64,000 bases of DNA from Patescibacteria group bacterium (lineage in GTDB: Bacteria; Patescibacteriota; Microgenomatia; Levybacterales; UBA12049), in contig BPJB01000001.1 in assembly GCA_026004395.1 (NCBI GenBank), positions 391,343 through 455,342 of the forward strand, read 5' to 3'. The translations under genes and the position numbers were made by a program. The notes under the pieces are model-generated. The model was not told the DNA's origin. It saw only the letters and a program-made list of their open reading frames with translations, and did not search any database. Positions 1 to 9,868 of this stretch are shown here, in pieces. Within the stretch, counting starts at the first letter, position 1; each line of letters begins with the position of its first letter.

Positions 1-15
1 TTTGCTGTAGGTACT

Positions 16-813
16 TTGGGGACTATATTTTATCTTCTAATAAGAAGACAGTTTCTCTTTGCAATTATATTTACAGGGCTTCTTATATATGCAAACGCGC
101 GATCTGATCCACTAAATTCAAAAGAAACGGATTATCAGGCAGCAGTATATATCATGATGGCGCTTGTTTCGACTCCATTTTTACTTCTCGAACTCTACAG
201 AGATCTCAATAATGAACAAAAGATAGGACGAAATCTTATATACGGTGTGATTTTTCTGACTGTAAGTATTTATTCACTATTTTCAACAATGTTTCTTTTT
301 CAGAAATTTTTTAATCGTACATATGATAAATACATGGGTAAAGCTCCCTTAATCTATGATCGTCCAATTATTGCACCTGTTATTAATAGACTTATTGCTG
401 TTAATGAACCTGTGTGGGTAGGACCTTTTGAGTTTAAAGAACTTTTTTACATTCATGGTCGTCCTGCATCTAAGTATCATATCTTTATTCCGGGAATGGG
501 GTATTCACCTGAAATTAGAAGTGCTTTCATTGAGGAGTTAGAGAAATCAAAACCTTCAATTATTTATTTTCAAAAAAATTTCTTTATTCTGGGTAGAAGC
601 CCTGAGATGTATGGACAATTTTTCCTTGACTATCTACAAAAACATTACGTTACTTTACAGCAACTTAATGAAAATGAGAGGAGATATATCTCTCTCGTTC
701 CTGTAACTGATAAAATTGATCTAGAAACGAGACTTTATATTAGAAAAGAAAAACTTTCGTCTGTACTCGAAAAACTTATCGCCAATCAATTTGTTGCTTC
801 TGTAAATAACTAA
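16..813 (+). CDS. hypothetical protein with N-terminal TM segments and a C-terminal soluble domain; the reading frame is open back to nt 1, so it may be the 3' part of a gene that starts upstream of the window
   Basis: ORF track. Frame is continuous from position 1 with no upstream stop. Hydrophobic N-terminus followed by a soluble domain. Confidence 0.35.
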   Translation: MGTIFYLLIRRQFLFAIIFTGLLIYANARSDPLNSKETDYQAAVYIMMALVSTPFLLLELYRDLNNEQKIGRNLIYGVIFLTVSIYSLFSTMFLFQKFFNRTYDKYMGKAPLIYDRPIIAPVINRLIAVNEPVWVGPFEFKELFYIHGRPASKYHIFIPGMGYSPEIRSAFIEELEKSKPSIIYFQKNFFILGRSPEMYGQFFLDYLQKHYVTLQQLNENERRYISLVPVTDKIDLETRLYIRKEKLSSVLEKLIANQFVASVNN

Positions 814-815
814 TT

Positions 816-2843
816 ATGGACTTTTATCCACTTATCAGTTTTAAGTTTTTATTATACTTTTTAATTTTTTTAATAAGCGTTTATTTAACTTTTTATTTAC
901 CTGGTAGTGTTATTGTTTCTTTCTTAAAAATTCACTCACTCGGGATGAGGATACTTCTTCCAACTATAGTTGGTATGGTACTTTGGGGGATGCAAGGTTA
1001 TCTTTTGGGATATTTACAGCTTAGATTTTTGACATATATTTACTTATTGGTGATGATTTCTTTTGCTTATAAAAGAAATCTCTTGCTTCCAACTTATTTT
1101 TTGGATGGTTTCCTTTGGATAAGAAGAAATATTTTTCTAACTCTTCTAGTGCTTCTGGGAATAATCGTTCAACTTATCCCGGTAGTCGCATCTGGGACAA
1201 GATACCAGGAAGGAGTAAGATTTTTTGGAGTCAATGGTGTTGATGGGATAATGCATCTGGCGTTTATTCGAGGAATAATACATCGTTTTCCTCCTTTTGA
1301 GCCCGGAGCCTTTGATCATCCTCTTACTAATTATCATTATTGGTCGGATCTTATAATTTCTGAGTTAATAAGAGTATGGCATCTTCCCACATCTCATGTT
1401 TTTTTTCAGTATATGCCTATACTGCTTTCTTTGCTTACAGCGATTGCCGGATATCAAGTCATGCGATCACTCGGATTTTCGCATAATGCTGGAGTGTGGG
1501 CAATATTTTTTCTTTTTTTCGGTGGTGATGGAGCATATCTATTGATGCTTTTAGTACATAATAAATTAAGCTTTGCATCGCCTGCGATTGATAATGGTGC
1601 AACTCAATTTCTCAATATGCCCAATGCTCTGGCACGTCCTGTATTTCTCACAAGTATCATAACACTCCAATATTGGTTTAAAGAAAAAAGGTTAGTTTGG
1701 GGAATACTGATGGTACTTTTATCTGCAAGTCTTTGGGGGATTAAGGTGTATTATGGTATTTTTACAGCTATCGGTTTATCGTTGATTGTGATTGCTATGA
1801 TTGTCATAACGTTTGTGTCGATGTCAAAGAAAAAATCGTTTATTAACGCTGGTATATTTGCAGTTAAAGAAAATATCATGTTACTGTCTGTTTTGGGTCT
1901 TTTTGTCGTTGTAAGCGCTCTTATTTATTTCCCTCCCAACAAAGGAGCTGGCGGACTGAAGGTGTATCCTCTAGAATGGCCCAAGATATTTTTAGGACCG
2001 GGAGGTATCAATTGGGGTGAGTGGTGGCTTAGAAGACAGGTTTATGAACAAGCAAAAAATATAAGAAATCTACTTGTTTTAGACATCATTGCCATTTTAG
2101 TCGCAATGATATCTATTCACGGAACAAGACTAATAGGATTGTTTCTAGGAAGAAATATTTATAAGAAACTTGGTTGGAGGAATATACTTTTTTTTATTCC
2201 CGGCCTTCTCATTTTTCATGTACTGGGTTTATATACATTGCAAGAAGCAGGAGAATTTAATGTTTTTAATTTTTTTGTGGTAGGGACGGTTATTCTCAGC
2301 ATCTTCTCAGCCATGGTTGTTGAAAGGCTTTTTTATACCAAGAATCTTATTTTGGCAATAACTGCTTTTGTGGTTGTTATTCTGACAATACCACGTGTAA
2401 TTCATGAGACCATCAGTTATTTGCCAACACTAATTACTCCGAAAAATACGAGTTCTACACTTATTAGCAATGCTGAACTAGAAGGGTTAAATTTCATTAG
2501 AGAAAATACACCACAATCCGCAATTGTTCAGTCACATCCAAAAGACAATATAGATCAAGAGACTCCTTATGTTTCCTTTTTTTCTGACAGGTTTACGTAT
2601 CTTAGTGGTACTAGATTGCAAAAAACTCATAATCAGCCAGTAGAATATAGAGAAAAAGAGTTAAAGAAACTTTTTGAATCGAGAAGTTCGCCGGAATTTC
2701 ATGGAATAGCACGCAATTTAGGAATAAATGTGATTTATTTAAAGAAAAATCCTGATCAGGAATTATTTTTTGAGCGAGATAATAATCTCATCAAAAAAAT
2801 ATTCGAGAATAAAGAAGTCGTTATTTATAAAATTAATAATTAA
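816..2843 (+). CDS. large polytopic membrane protein with C-terminal extracytoplasmic domain; possible GT-C-fold glycosyltransferase
   Basis: 675 aa with more than 10 predicted hydrophobic helices and a C-terminal roughly 170 aa soluble domain. Starts 2 nt after the previous gene. Confidence 0.4.
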   Translation: MDFYPLISFKFLLYFLIFLISVYLTFYLPGSVIVSFLKIHSLGMRILLPTIVGMVLWGMQGYLLGYLQLRFLTYIYLLVMISFAYKRNLLLPTYFLDGFLWIRRNIFLTLLVLLGIIVQLIPVVASGTRYQEGVRFFGVNGVDGIMHLAFIRGIIHRFPPFEPGAFDHPLTNYHYWSDLIISELIRVWHLPTSHVFFQYMPILLSLLTAIAGYQVMRSLGFSHNAGVWAIFFLFFGGDGAYLLMLLVHNKLSFASPAIDNGATQFLNMPNALARPVFLTSIITLQYWFKEKRLVWGILMVLLSASLWGIKVYYGIFTAIGLSLIVIAMIVITFVSMSKKKSFINAGIFAVKENIMLLSVLGLFVVVSALIYFPPNKGAGGLKVYPLEWPKIFLGPGGINWGEWWLRRQVYEQAKNIRNLLVLDIIAILVAMISIHGTRLIGLFLGRNIYKKLGWRNILFFIPGLLIFHVLGLYTLQEAGEFNVFNFFVVGTVILSIFSAMVVERLFYTKNLILAITAFVVVILTIPRVIHETISYLPTLITPKNTSSTLISNAELEGLNFIRENTPQSAIVQSHPKDNIDQETPYVSFFSDRFTYLSGTRLQKTHNQPVEYREKELKKLFESRSSPEFHGIARNLGINVIYLKKNPDQELFFERDNNLIKKIFENKEVVIYKINN

Positions 2844-2893
2844 GAACATAATTTGAAGTAGTCACAACGAACGATATAGATTACAATTATTTT

Positions 2894-3658
2894 ATGAGCA
2901 CGATCTCTGTTGTTTTGGCTACATACAATGAGGAAGCAAACATTGGCAAATGCCTAGAATCGATAAAGGATCTGGCTGATGAAATTGTAATTGTTGATGG
3001 CAGTTCAGAGGATAAAACGGTTGAGATTGCAAGAGGTTTCGGAGCAAAAGTTTTCGTTACTGAAAATAATCCCAATTTTCATATTAATAAACAAAAAGCA
3101 ATTGATCAAGCTACAAAAGAATGGATTCTCCAATTAGATGCTGATGAACGTGTCTCAGAGGAGCTGAAAAAGGAAATTAGGGATAATATCAATGATCAGA
3201 AAAAAGCGATCAATGGCTATTGGATCCCTCGTAAAAACTGGTTTTTAGGACGATTTTTGCTAAAAGGAGGTCAGTATCCTGATTATACGTTGCGTCTCTA
3301 TAAGAGAGGAAAGGGAAGGCTTCCACAAAAAGATGTTCATGAACAAGCAATCGTTGATGGTGAAGTGGGGTATCTAACTCAGCCGCTCCTACACTATCCT
3401 TATCGGAATTTTTTACATTATCTTTCTAAATGGAAGAGGTATAGTTTTTTTATTGCTCATCAATTGCGTAAGGAAAAAAATATTTTTGATCCATTTCTTG
3501 CTCTTAATAATCTTATTATTTTGCCAATATATTGGTTTCTTTTGACATATATTAGGCATAAAGGGTTTATGGATTCGTGGCAGGGATTTGTTTTTTCATT
3601 CTTTTCAGCTCTTAGATTTCCTGCATCATATTTAATAGCGCTGTTTGCGAAAACATGA
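2894..3658 (+). CDS. family 2 glycosyltransferase (GT-A)
   Basis: N-terminal VVLATYNEE...IVIVDGSSEDKT and QLDADE (DXD) motifs typical of GT2. Confidence 0.75.
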   Translation: MSTISVVLATYNEEANIGKCLESIKDLADEIVIVDGSSEDKTVEIARGFGAKVFVTENNPNFHINKQKAIDQATKEWILQLDADERVSEELKKEIRDNINDQKKAINGYWIPRKNWFLGRFLLKGGQYPDYTLRLYKRGKGRLPQKDVHEQAIVDGEVGYLTQPLLHYPYRNFLHYLSKWKRYSFFIAHQLRKEKNIFDPFLALNNLIILPIYWFLLTYIRHKGFMDSWQGFVFSFFSALRFPASYLIALFAKT

Positions 3659-5127
3659 ATAAGAAAAATGCCTTCTCACAAAAGCGATCTCTGTTATTTC
3701 TTTTTGCAATCCTTTTGTTAGGAATTATTGTTCGCTTTTATAATACTCCGGATCGTTTTGGATTTGACAAGGATCCAACTCGTGACGTGCTCATTACAAT
3801 CTATGGTGCAGAAAACTTATCTTTTCCACTAATTGGACCACATTCTGGTATTGGCTCTTTTACTTTTGGACCTTGGTATTACTACTTTTTGATAATTTTT
3901 CAGTTACTGTTTCCTTTTGATTATGCTCCGTTTTATTTTATCCCTCTATTTTCTTTATTATTTATCATTGTTATGTATTTTATTGGATTGGTGCTTCGAG
4001 ATGAAAAACTGGGTGTGATACTTGCTTTGATAGCCGCAATATCGCCTGCACAGGTTGGTCCTACTGCAGGATTAAGCAATCCTAATCTGGTAAGTGTACA
4101 TGCCGCATTAAGTATCCTAATTTTTCTTTTTTATCTGCGAAAACAGCAGCCATTATGGTTTTCTTTTGTGTGGGGAATAATTCTAGGTATAGGAATAAAT
4201 CATCATTATCAAATGTTACCTTTGCTTCTTCTTCCAGCAGTTGCATTTGCTCTCAATTTTCGGAAAGCTCTTAAAGAAATTGCTGCCCTGTTTATAGGTC
4301 TTGTTATAACCTTTCTACCTCTTTTAATTTTTAATTTTTTATCTCAGTGGCATACTTTTTGGGGGATTATTGCTTTTATTCGCGAAAGAGGCGGAGGGAT
4401 TTATATACCCAATAGTTGGAAAATATATCTTCTAAGTTTTTGGCCAACTTTTTGGTCATATGTTCTTGGTGTGCCAGTAAATATAGGTGTTTTATATGCA
4501 ATTCTTGTTGTAGGATCACATGGTTATTATTTTTTTAAAAAGAAATTATCTACTGATTATTTGTTGTTGATAGGAATATTTCTAATATTCTTTCTAGGAC
4601 TTCGTTATTATTCAGGAGCAAGAGAACACTATTATCTTTTCTTTCTTCATCCATTTTTGATGATATTTATTGGAAGTACTTTTTGGTATCTTTTTCAAAA
4701 CAGATTAACTGGAATTATTGCAGTTATTTTAATTGCTTTACAAGTTTTTTTTATTTTTCCAGAAGACTTAAAAAGATTAGATGATAGGTTAGATCATTTG
4801 ACTATTAGAAATGAGGCTAAAAGACTTATTAATAAATTTCCTTCGCTGTCTTATGCTTTATATAATTGTCAAGACATTGAGATAAATAGAGCGCAAGGAT
4901 TGGCTTTTTTCCTTTACAGGCAAAAAAAATTATCTGAGAATGGATTTAAAATAGGACTTGTCGGTCCAAACACATCGTGTCGACTTCCTCAAAATGTAAA
5001 TAAGGAGTTAATACCAAATATTCTTGATTTTTCTCAGGTTACTCCCTCAGATCTTAGCCAAAATGGGTGGAGACTTATTACTCCTAAGTCAGTATATACA
5101 ACTACTCTGGAATGGTGGAAGAAATGA
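3655..5127 (+). CDS. polytopic membrane protein, putative GT-C-type glycosyltransferase (paralog of the next gene)
   Basis: 490 aa, multi-TM. Shares the motif LIGPHSGIGSFTFGPWYYYF / LIGPPSGIPGIFYGPYWIWI and a D-P-x-R-D motif with the adjacent ORF. 4-nt overlap with the upstream GT2. Confidence 0.45.
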   Translation: MNKKNAFSQKRSLLFLFAILLLGIIVRFYNTPDRFGFDKDPTRDVLITIYGAENLSFPLIGPHSGIGSFTFGPWYYYFLIIFQLLFPFDYAPFYFIPLFSLLFIIVMYFIGLVLRDEKLGVILALIAAISPAQVGPTAGLSNPNLVSVHAALSILIFLFYLRKQQPLWFSFVWGIILGIGINHHYQMLPLLLLPAVAFALNFRKALKEIAALFIGLVITFLPLLIFNFLSQWHTFWGIIAFIRERGGGIYIPNSWKIYLLSFWPTFWSYVLGVPVNIGVLYAILVVGSHGYYFFKKKLSTDYLLLIGIFLIFFLGLRYYSGAREHYYLFFLHPFLMIFIGSTFWYLFQNRLTGIIAVILIALQVFFIFPEDLKRLDDRLDHLTIRNEAKRLINKFPSLSYALYNCQDIEINRAQGLAFFLYRQKKLSENGFKIGLVGPNTSCRLPQNVNKELIPNILDFSQVTPSDLSQNGWRLITPKSVYTTTLEWWKK

Positions 5128-6656
5128 AGAGAATTAAATTTTTTAGCCAAAAATTAAAAAAACAAAAATATTTATGGTTATTTTTTTACTTTCTTGCAGT
5201 TTTCTTTCCTGGCTTGATTGCTATTAAGATCTTAAGAGATGGTTCTTTTCCCTTCTGGTACGATCCAGCTCGTGATTTACTCCTTGGATTGGATAATCAT
5301 TCCAAAATAAGTCTTATTGGGCCGCCGTCTGGTATTCCGGGTATTTTTTATGGTCCATATTGGATATGGATTTTAAGTCTTGCGCTTTTTATAAGTAAAG
5401 ATCCGCGAATAATTATCTTCCTCGTACTCGTCATACCCTATTTTATTGGGATACCTTTTATACTTTTCAAATTAAGTAAGTATTTTGTAAAATTAAGCAT
5501 TTTAAGTGGATGGATATTTTTTGTTTTTTCCTTTGGGATTGGCTATAGTACCTCTGCCTGGAATCCTCATTTAGCACCGGTATTGCTTGTTTTTATGCTT
5601 TATTTTTTTCTCACTACAGAGAGAGTGCATCCCAAAAAATCAGATTATCTTAGGTGTCTGATCTTAGGAGGATTGCTTGGACTTATATTGAATTTTCATA
5701 TTTCATTAGGTATTGGATTGCTGGTGGGTATATGCTTTTACGCAGTAATTCAATTTATTAGATATTATCAAATGGAGAAATCATTTTTTTCATACTGCAA
5801 AAAAAATGCTCTTTTTTTAATTTGTTTTTTTACTGGATTATTTATAGTCTTTATTCCTTTCTTTATCTTTGAATTGCGTCATGATTTTCAACAAGTACAG
5901 ACAATATTGAGAACATTGAGTGCAAAGGGATCAGTTGTCAATGTTACAGGTCTTTCAGATGAAGCAATACTTTTTGAGTTTGCTAAGCGCTTAGCGTCAT
6001 TTCTTTTTTTGCCTTTACCAGTTGCTGGAGCAGTAATGTTATTTTATGTTTGTCTTTTAATCATAAAAATAAGAGAGTTTACAGAGAAGGAGAGATCATT
6101 GTTGACTCTTTTGGTGTTTCTTATTATAGGAATTATTGCTGTTTATCTTTCATCCAAGAATCCAGTGTGGGATTATCATTTAAGAGGTACAGAGATTATT
6201 TTTCTTTTTTTCCTTCTTTTGATGGGAAAATTCTCAGCAATTCGCTACAGTTTTTTTCTTTGGGCAATAATTGTTGTGGTTATTAATGTATTTGGTTTTA
6301 TCCAATCATTATCGCAAAATCCCTTATTACTTCCAGGATTCGCATCTAAAGCAAAAGCAGCCCAATTAATAATAGATGATGCGCAAGATAAGGAATATGT
6401 AGTATTTGCCTACAATGAATCTATCTATACATATGAATACACTTATCTTTTTAAATGGCTTGCAAATAAAAATATTCCTTTTGATCCGGGTAATAATCCT
6501 AAAAATATGGATTTGGTGTATTTGATTATTCCGCCTATTAAGTATGAGTTGCAAGAGGATTTCATCAATTTCAGAACGCAAAATGAGATTTACAAAACTA
6601 CATCGACATGGAAGATGCCTGATGGTACGTTTATACTTCGCAGAGAGCATAAATAG
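5112..6656 (+). CDS. polytopic membrane protein, putative GT-C-type glycosyltransferase (tandem paralog)
   Basis: 514 aa, multi-TM, motif similarity to 3655-5127, C-terminal soluble domain. Confidence 0.45.
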   Translation: MVEEMKRIKFFSQKLKKQKYLWLFFYFLAVFFPGLIAIKILRDGSFPFWYDPARDLLLGLDNHSKISLIGPPSGIPGIFYGPYWIWILSLALFISKDPRIIIFLVLVIPYFIGIPFILFKLSKYFVKLSILSGWIFFVFSFGIGYSTSAWNPHLAPVLLVFMLYFFLTTERVHPKKSDYLRCLILGGLLGLILNFHISLGIGLLVGICFYAVIQFIRYYQMEKSFFSYCKKNALFLICFFTGLFIVFIPFFIFELRHDFQQVQTILRTLSAKGSVVNVTGLSDEAILFEFAKRLASFLFLPLPVAGAVMLFYVCLLIIKIREFTEKERSLLTLLVFLIIGIIAVYLSSKNPVWDYHLRGTEIIFLFFLLLMGKFSAIRYSFFLWAIIVVVINVFGFIQSLSQNPLLLPGFASKAKAAQLIIDDAQDKEYVVFAYNESIYTYEYTYLFKWLANKNIPFDPGNNPKNMDLVYLIIPPIKYELQEDFINFRTQNEIYKTTSTWKMPDGTFILRREHK

Positions 6657-6691
6657 CTAAGCTCAGTAGTATTTGCTACAATTAGTTCAGT

Positions 6692-7660
6692 ATGCGATTT
6701 CTTGTTACAGGTGGTGCTGGATTTATTGGAAGTTTTATGACTAAACGCCTTCTGGATGATGGTCATGAAGTGGTAGTCCTTGATTCTCTTGAGAGAGGGA
6801 CTAGGGATGCTCTTGATCAACGCGCCTCTTTTATTGAGGGTAATCTTTTGGATACTGCATTTGTTAGGTCAATTTTTGCATCACACACCTTTGATGGTGT
6901 TTTTCATTTCGCAGCTTATATATCTATGAAAGAATCCATGGAGCGACCTGGTGCGTATTTCAGTAATAATATTTTAGGAACAGTTACTCTTTTGGATTGT
7001 ATGGTAGATGGTGGAGTCAACAAACTTATATTTTCTTCAACAGCTGGGGTATATGGTAATCCAACTGTTATTCCCATACCTGAAGATCATCCCAAAAATC
7101 CTGAAAATCCATACGGTGAGAGCAAGCTAATGGTTGAGAGAATTCTTGCTTGGTATCAAAAAATTCATCATTTAAGATATGTTGTACTTAGGTATTTTAA
7201 CGCAGCAGGAGCAGCGCTTGATGGAAGTATGGGTGAGGATCATCATCCTGAAACACATATTATTCCTCAGGCAATACAATCGCTTATCAATAAAAAGCCT
7301 TTTTTTCTTTATGGAGATGACTATGATACACCTGATGGGACCTGTATTCGCGATTATATTCATGTTATAGATCTAGTTGATGCCCATATCAGAGGCTTTG
7401 AGAAAATATCCAAAGATGAAGGCGGATATATCTATAACGTTGGTACTGGTAGAGGGTATTCCAATAAAGAGGTAATTGAGATGGTTGAGAAAGTAGCCAA
7501 TGAGAAATTAGATGTCCATATTGTTCAAAGACGTCCAGGAGATGCAGACAGGCTTGTTGCTGACGTGAGACGAATTAAAGAAGATTTGGGGTTTGTTCCT
7601 CGCTATTCAGATCTTTATACCATAGTGTCATCAGCATGGAAGTGGCACAACCGTTCCTAG
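6692..7660 (+). CDS. galE: UDP-glucose 4-epimerase (NAD-dependent epimerase/dehydratase)
   Basis: N-terminal GGAGFIGS Rossmann motif and YGESK (YxxxK) catalytic motif. Length and overall pattern typical of GalE. Confidence 0.8.
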   Translation: MRFLVTGGAGFIGSFMTKRLLDDGHEVVVLDSLERGTRDALDQRASFIEGNLLDTAFVRSIFASHTFDGVFHFAAYISMKESMERPGAYFSNNILGTVTLLDCMVDGGVNKLIFSSTAGVYGNPTVIPIPEDHPKNPENPYGESKLMVERILAWYQKIHHLRYVVLRYFNAAGAALDGSMGEDHHPETHIIPQAIQSLINKKPFFLYGDDYDTPDGTCIRDYIHVIDLVDAHIRGFEKISKDEGGYIYNVGTGRGYSNKEVIEMVEKVANEKLDVHIVQRRPGDADRLVADVRRIKEDLGFVPRYSDLYTIVSSAWKWHNRS

Positions 7661-7664
7661 GAAT

Positions 7665-8807
7665 ATGAATATTTCATATTTAAAAAAATTCCTGACCACT
7701 ATATTTCTTATATTAATTTTTGTGAATATTGGGGGTACGATTTTCTACGCAAATGGGATATATACGTCTTTTAATTACTGGGAGAGATTTCCTGCTTTGA
7801 AAAAGATGTATTACGATTCGATATATGCCAATAAAAAAGGTAAATTTATTCGTGATGAGTATGTTTATGCATTCGCCGCAGGTTCTTTACTTCAAGGAGT
7901 AAGTCCGATACTTGTCAATCCAGAACAACCACCTTTAGGTAAATATCTTATTGCAGTCTCTATTTTGCTTTTTAATAATGAAAACTTTTTTACGTTAGTT
8001 GCTGGTATTGGGTCTCTAGTTTTATTATATTTACTGGGTAAGCAAGTATTTTCATCATCCTTTCTTGCTTTGCTGCCGGTTTTACTTCTTTCATTCGAAT
8101 CTTTATATCTGAACCAATTTCTTATTACTCCGCTGTTAGATATTCTACAGCTTTTTTTTCTTTTGAGTTTTTTTCTCTTTTTTAATAAAGCCGAAAATAC
8201 ATCAGAATATAAAAAATATTTTTTTCTAGCAAATTGTATGCTAGGAGGATTTATTTCAGTTAAGTTTTTTGGTCTTGGTATTACTCTTGTTGCGGCTGCT
8301 TTAATTGTTTTATTTTTAAGAAAAAATTTGCAAAAACTTGTTTGGTATTTAGTTACTTTGCTGATTGCACCAGTGATTTTACTTTCTATGTATATCCCTG
8401 TTCTCTTTAAAGGATATCCTCTGCAGGATTTTTTAGGAATACAAAAGTGGATTTTTCTTTATAATCAAGGTCATATCACAAAATTTTTTAGCTTTTTCCC
8501 TTTATTTCTATTTAATAAATGGTATTCATGGTGGGATGCAAGTATTATGTCAGATGATCAATGGCAAATAACTTGGCCATTGTCATTTATTTCGTTTGTG
8601 ATCGTATTATTTTTCTATGCCAAATATCCTCAGTATCGCAATAAAGCATTGAATATTGTTGTCTACTGGACAATTTTTTATATTCTTATTCTTCAGATGG
8701 GCTATATGTCAGCTCGTTATTTCGTAATTCTTCTTCCAGCGTTATTTTTGATTATGATTTACTGCTTGAGAACATGTGTGGCAATGTTTTGGAAGGCAAG
8801 AAAATGA
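7665..8807 (+). CDS. PMT/ArnT-family (GT39/GT83-like) membrane glycosyltransferase using a polyprenyl-phosphate-sugar donor
   Basis: Loop-1 DE motif (RDEYVYAFAA) and PEQPPLGKYLIA, matching the DE and HPPLGK signatures of the dolichyl-phosphate-mannose protein mannosyltransferase family. Multi-TM. Confidence 0.6.
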   Translation: MNISYLKKFLTTIFLILIFVNIGGTIFYANGIYTSFNYWERFPALKKMYYDSIYANKKGKFIRDEYVYAFAAGSLLQGVSPILVNPEQPPLGKYLIAVSILLFNNENFFTLVAGIGSLVLLYLLGKQVFSSSFLALLPVLLLSFESLYLNQFLITPLLDILQLFFLLSFFLFFNKAENTSEYKKYFFLANCMLGGFISVKFFGLGITLVAAALIVLFLRKNLQKLVWYLVTLLIAPVILLSMYIPVLFKGYPLQDFLGIQKWIFLYNQGHITKFFSFFPLFLFNKWYSWWDASIMSDDQWQITWPLSFISFVIVLFFYAKYPQYRNKALNIVVYWTIFYILILQMGYMSARYFVILLPALFLIMIYCLRTCVAMFWKARK

Positions 8808-9859
8808 AAATTGCTTTAGATATTTCACCTCTTCAGAGTGATCATAGAGTCAGAGGAGTAGGATTTTATCTTTCCCATCTTAAAGATGCACTGAAGACAT
8901 ATTATCCTGAATATTCGTATGTTTTCTTTACTAATAAAAGATCTTTAACTAGCCAGATTGATCTAGTACATTATCCATATTTTGATCCATTTTTTCTCTA
9001 TTTGCCTATCAGAAAAAGATTGCCAACAGTTATAACTGTACATGATTTGATCCCAATTAAATTTTCTTCCCATTTCCCCTCAGGTCTTAGAGGAATGATT
9101 TGTTGGCAGATTAATAAGCAAATTCTTAGAAAAGCTGATGCAATAATTGTTGACTCTAAGTCTTCAAAAAAAGACGTAATTAATTTGGTAGGCATTCCTG
9201 AACGATTAATACATGTTGTCTATTTAGCAGCTGGAGAGGAGTTTAGAAAATTGAGTAAGGGAAGGTGGGAGGTGCAACTTAGACAAAAGTATAATCTCCC
9301 CGACTCCTTTGCTTTATATGTTGGAGATGTCACCTGGAATAAAAATCTACCGCGTATTATACAAGCTTCTTTGAAGGCAAATATTCCTCTTGTTCTGGTG
9401 GGAAAATCCATTGTTCAGGAATCTTTTGATAAAAATCATCCTTGGAATCAAGATCTGGTAAAAGTAAAAGAGCTTCTTCTGAGATCTCCATCCGTTCAGA
9501 CGCTGGGATTTGTTCCTGATTTGGATTTGGTAGCTCTGATGAATTTGGCTAGGATGCTTGTTATGCCATCTCTTTATGAGGGTTTTGGACTTCCAGTAGT
9601 TGAGGCTATGCAATGTGGCACTCCCGTGATCACGTCCAAAGAAGGATCACTTCCAGAAGTAGGAGGAGATGCTGTGTATTATGTTGACGCTTATCATGAA
9701 GATGCAATAGCAAAAGGGATGAGAGAAGTTTTTAATAATCCCAAACTTCAGTATGAGCTAAGTACAAAAGGACTTAAAAGGTCGAAAATATTTTCTTGGC
9801 AGAAAACAGCAGAGGAAACATTAAAAATTTATAATCAAATAATAAAATCAGCACGATAA
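8804..9859 (+). CDS. family 4 glycosyltransferase (GT-B)
   Basis: [20 protein letters not shown] motif (GT4 EX7E region). Start is more likely the ATG at 8804 ([10 protein letters not shown]) than the ORF-track start at 8774. Confidence 0.8.
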   Translation: MKIALDISPLQSDHRVRGVGFYLSHLKDALKTYYPEYSYVFFTNKRSLTSQIDLVHYPYFDPFFLYLPIRKRLPTVITVHDLIPIKFSSHFPSGLRGMICWQINKQILRKADAIIVDSKSSKKDVINLVGIPERLIHVVYLAAGEEFRKLSKGRWEVQLRQKYNLPDSFALYVGDVTWNKNLPRIIQASLKANIPLVLVGKSIVQESFDKNHPWNQDLVKVKELLLRSPSVQTLGFVPDLDLVALMNLARMLVMPSLYEGFGLPVVEAMQCGTPVITSKEGSLPEVGGDAVYYVDAYHEDAIAKGMREVFNNPKLQYELSTKGLKRSKIFSWQKTAEETLKIYNQIIKSAR

Positions 9860-9868
9860 TCTAGTTAT

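Noticed and set aside
1146-1337. Short minus-strand ORFs throughout the window (for example 1146-1337, 6366-6650, 9347-9613, 17784-18017, 50198-50476, 53094-53375)
   Set aside because: All are 60-100 codons and fully embedded antisense to long + strand genes with strong family motifs. They have no start context and no recognisable product. They are treated as chance ORFs in AT-rich sequence.
3655-3658. Alternative genetic code (UGA recoded, as in some CPR lineages)
   Set aside because: UGA coincides with the ends of well-delimited ORFs, for example the ATGA overlaps at 3655-3658, 21982-21985 and 51631-51634. Homolog-sized proteins are obtained with UGA as stop, so the standard bacterial code fits.
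6050-6286. Same-strand internal ORFs overlapping annotated genes in another frame (for example 6050-6286, 7179-7370, 16995-17201, 29128-29355)
   Set aside because: They overlap the middle of well-supported CDSs in alternative frames, and their sequences are low-complexity. They are not reported as genes.
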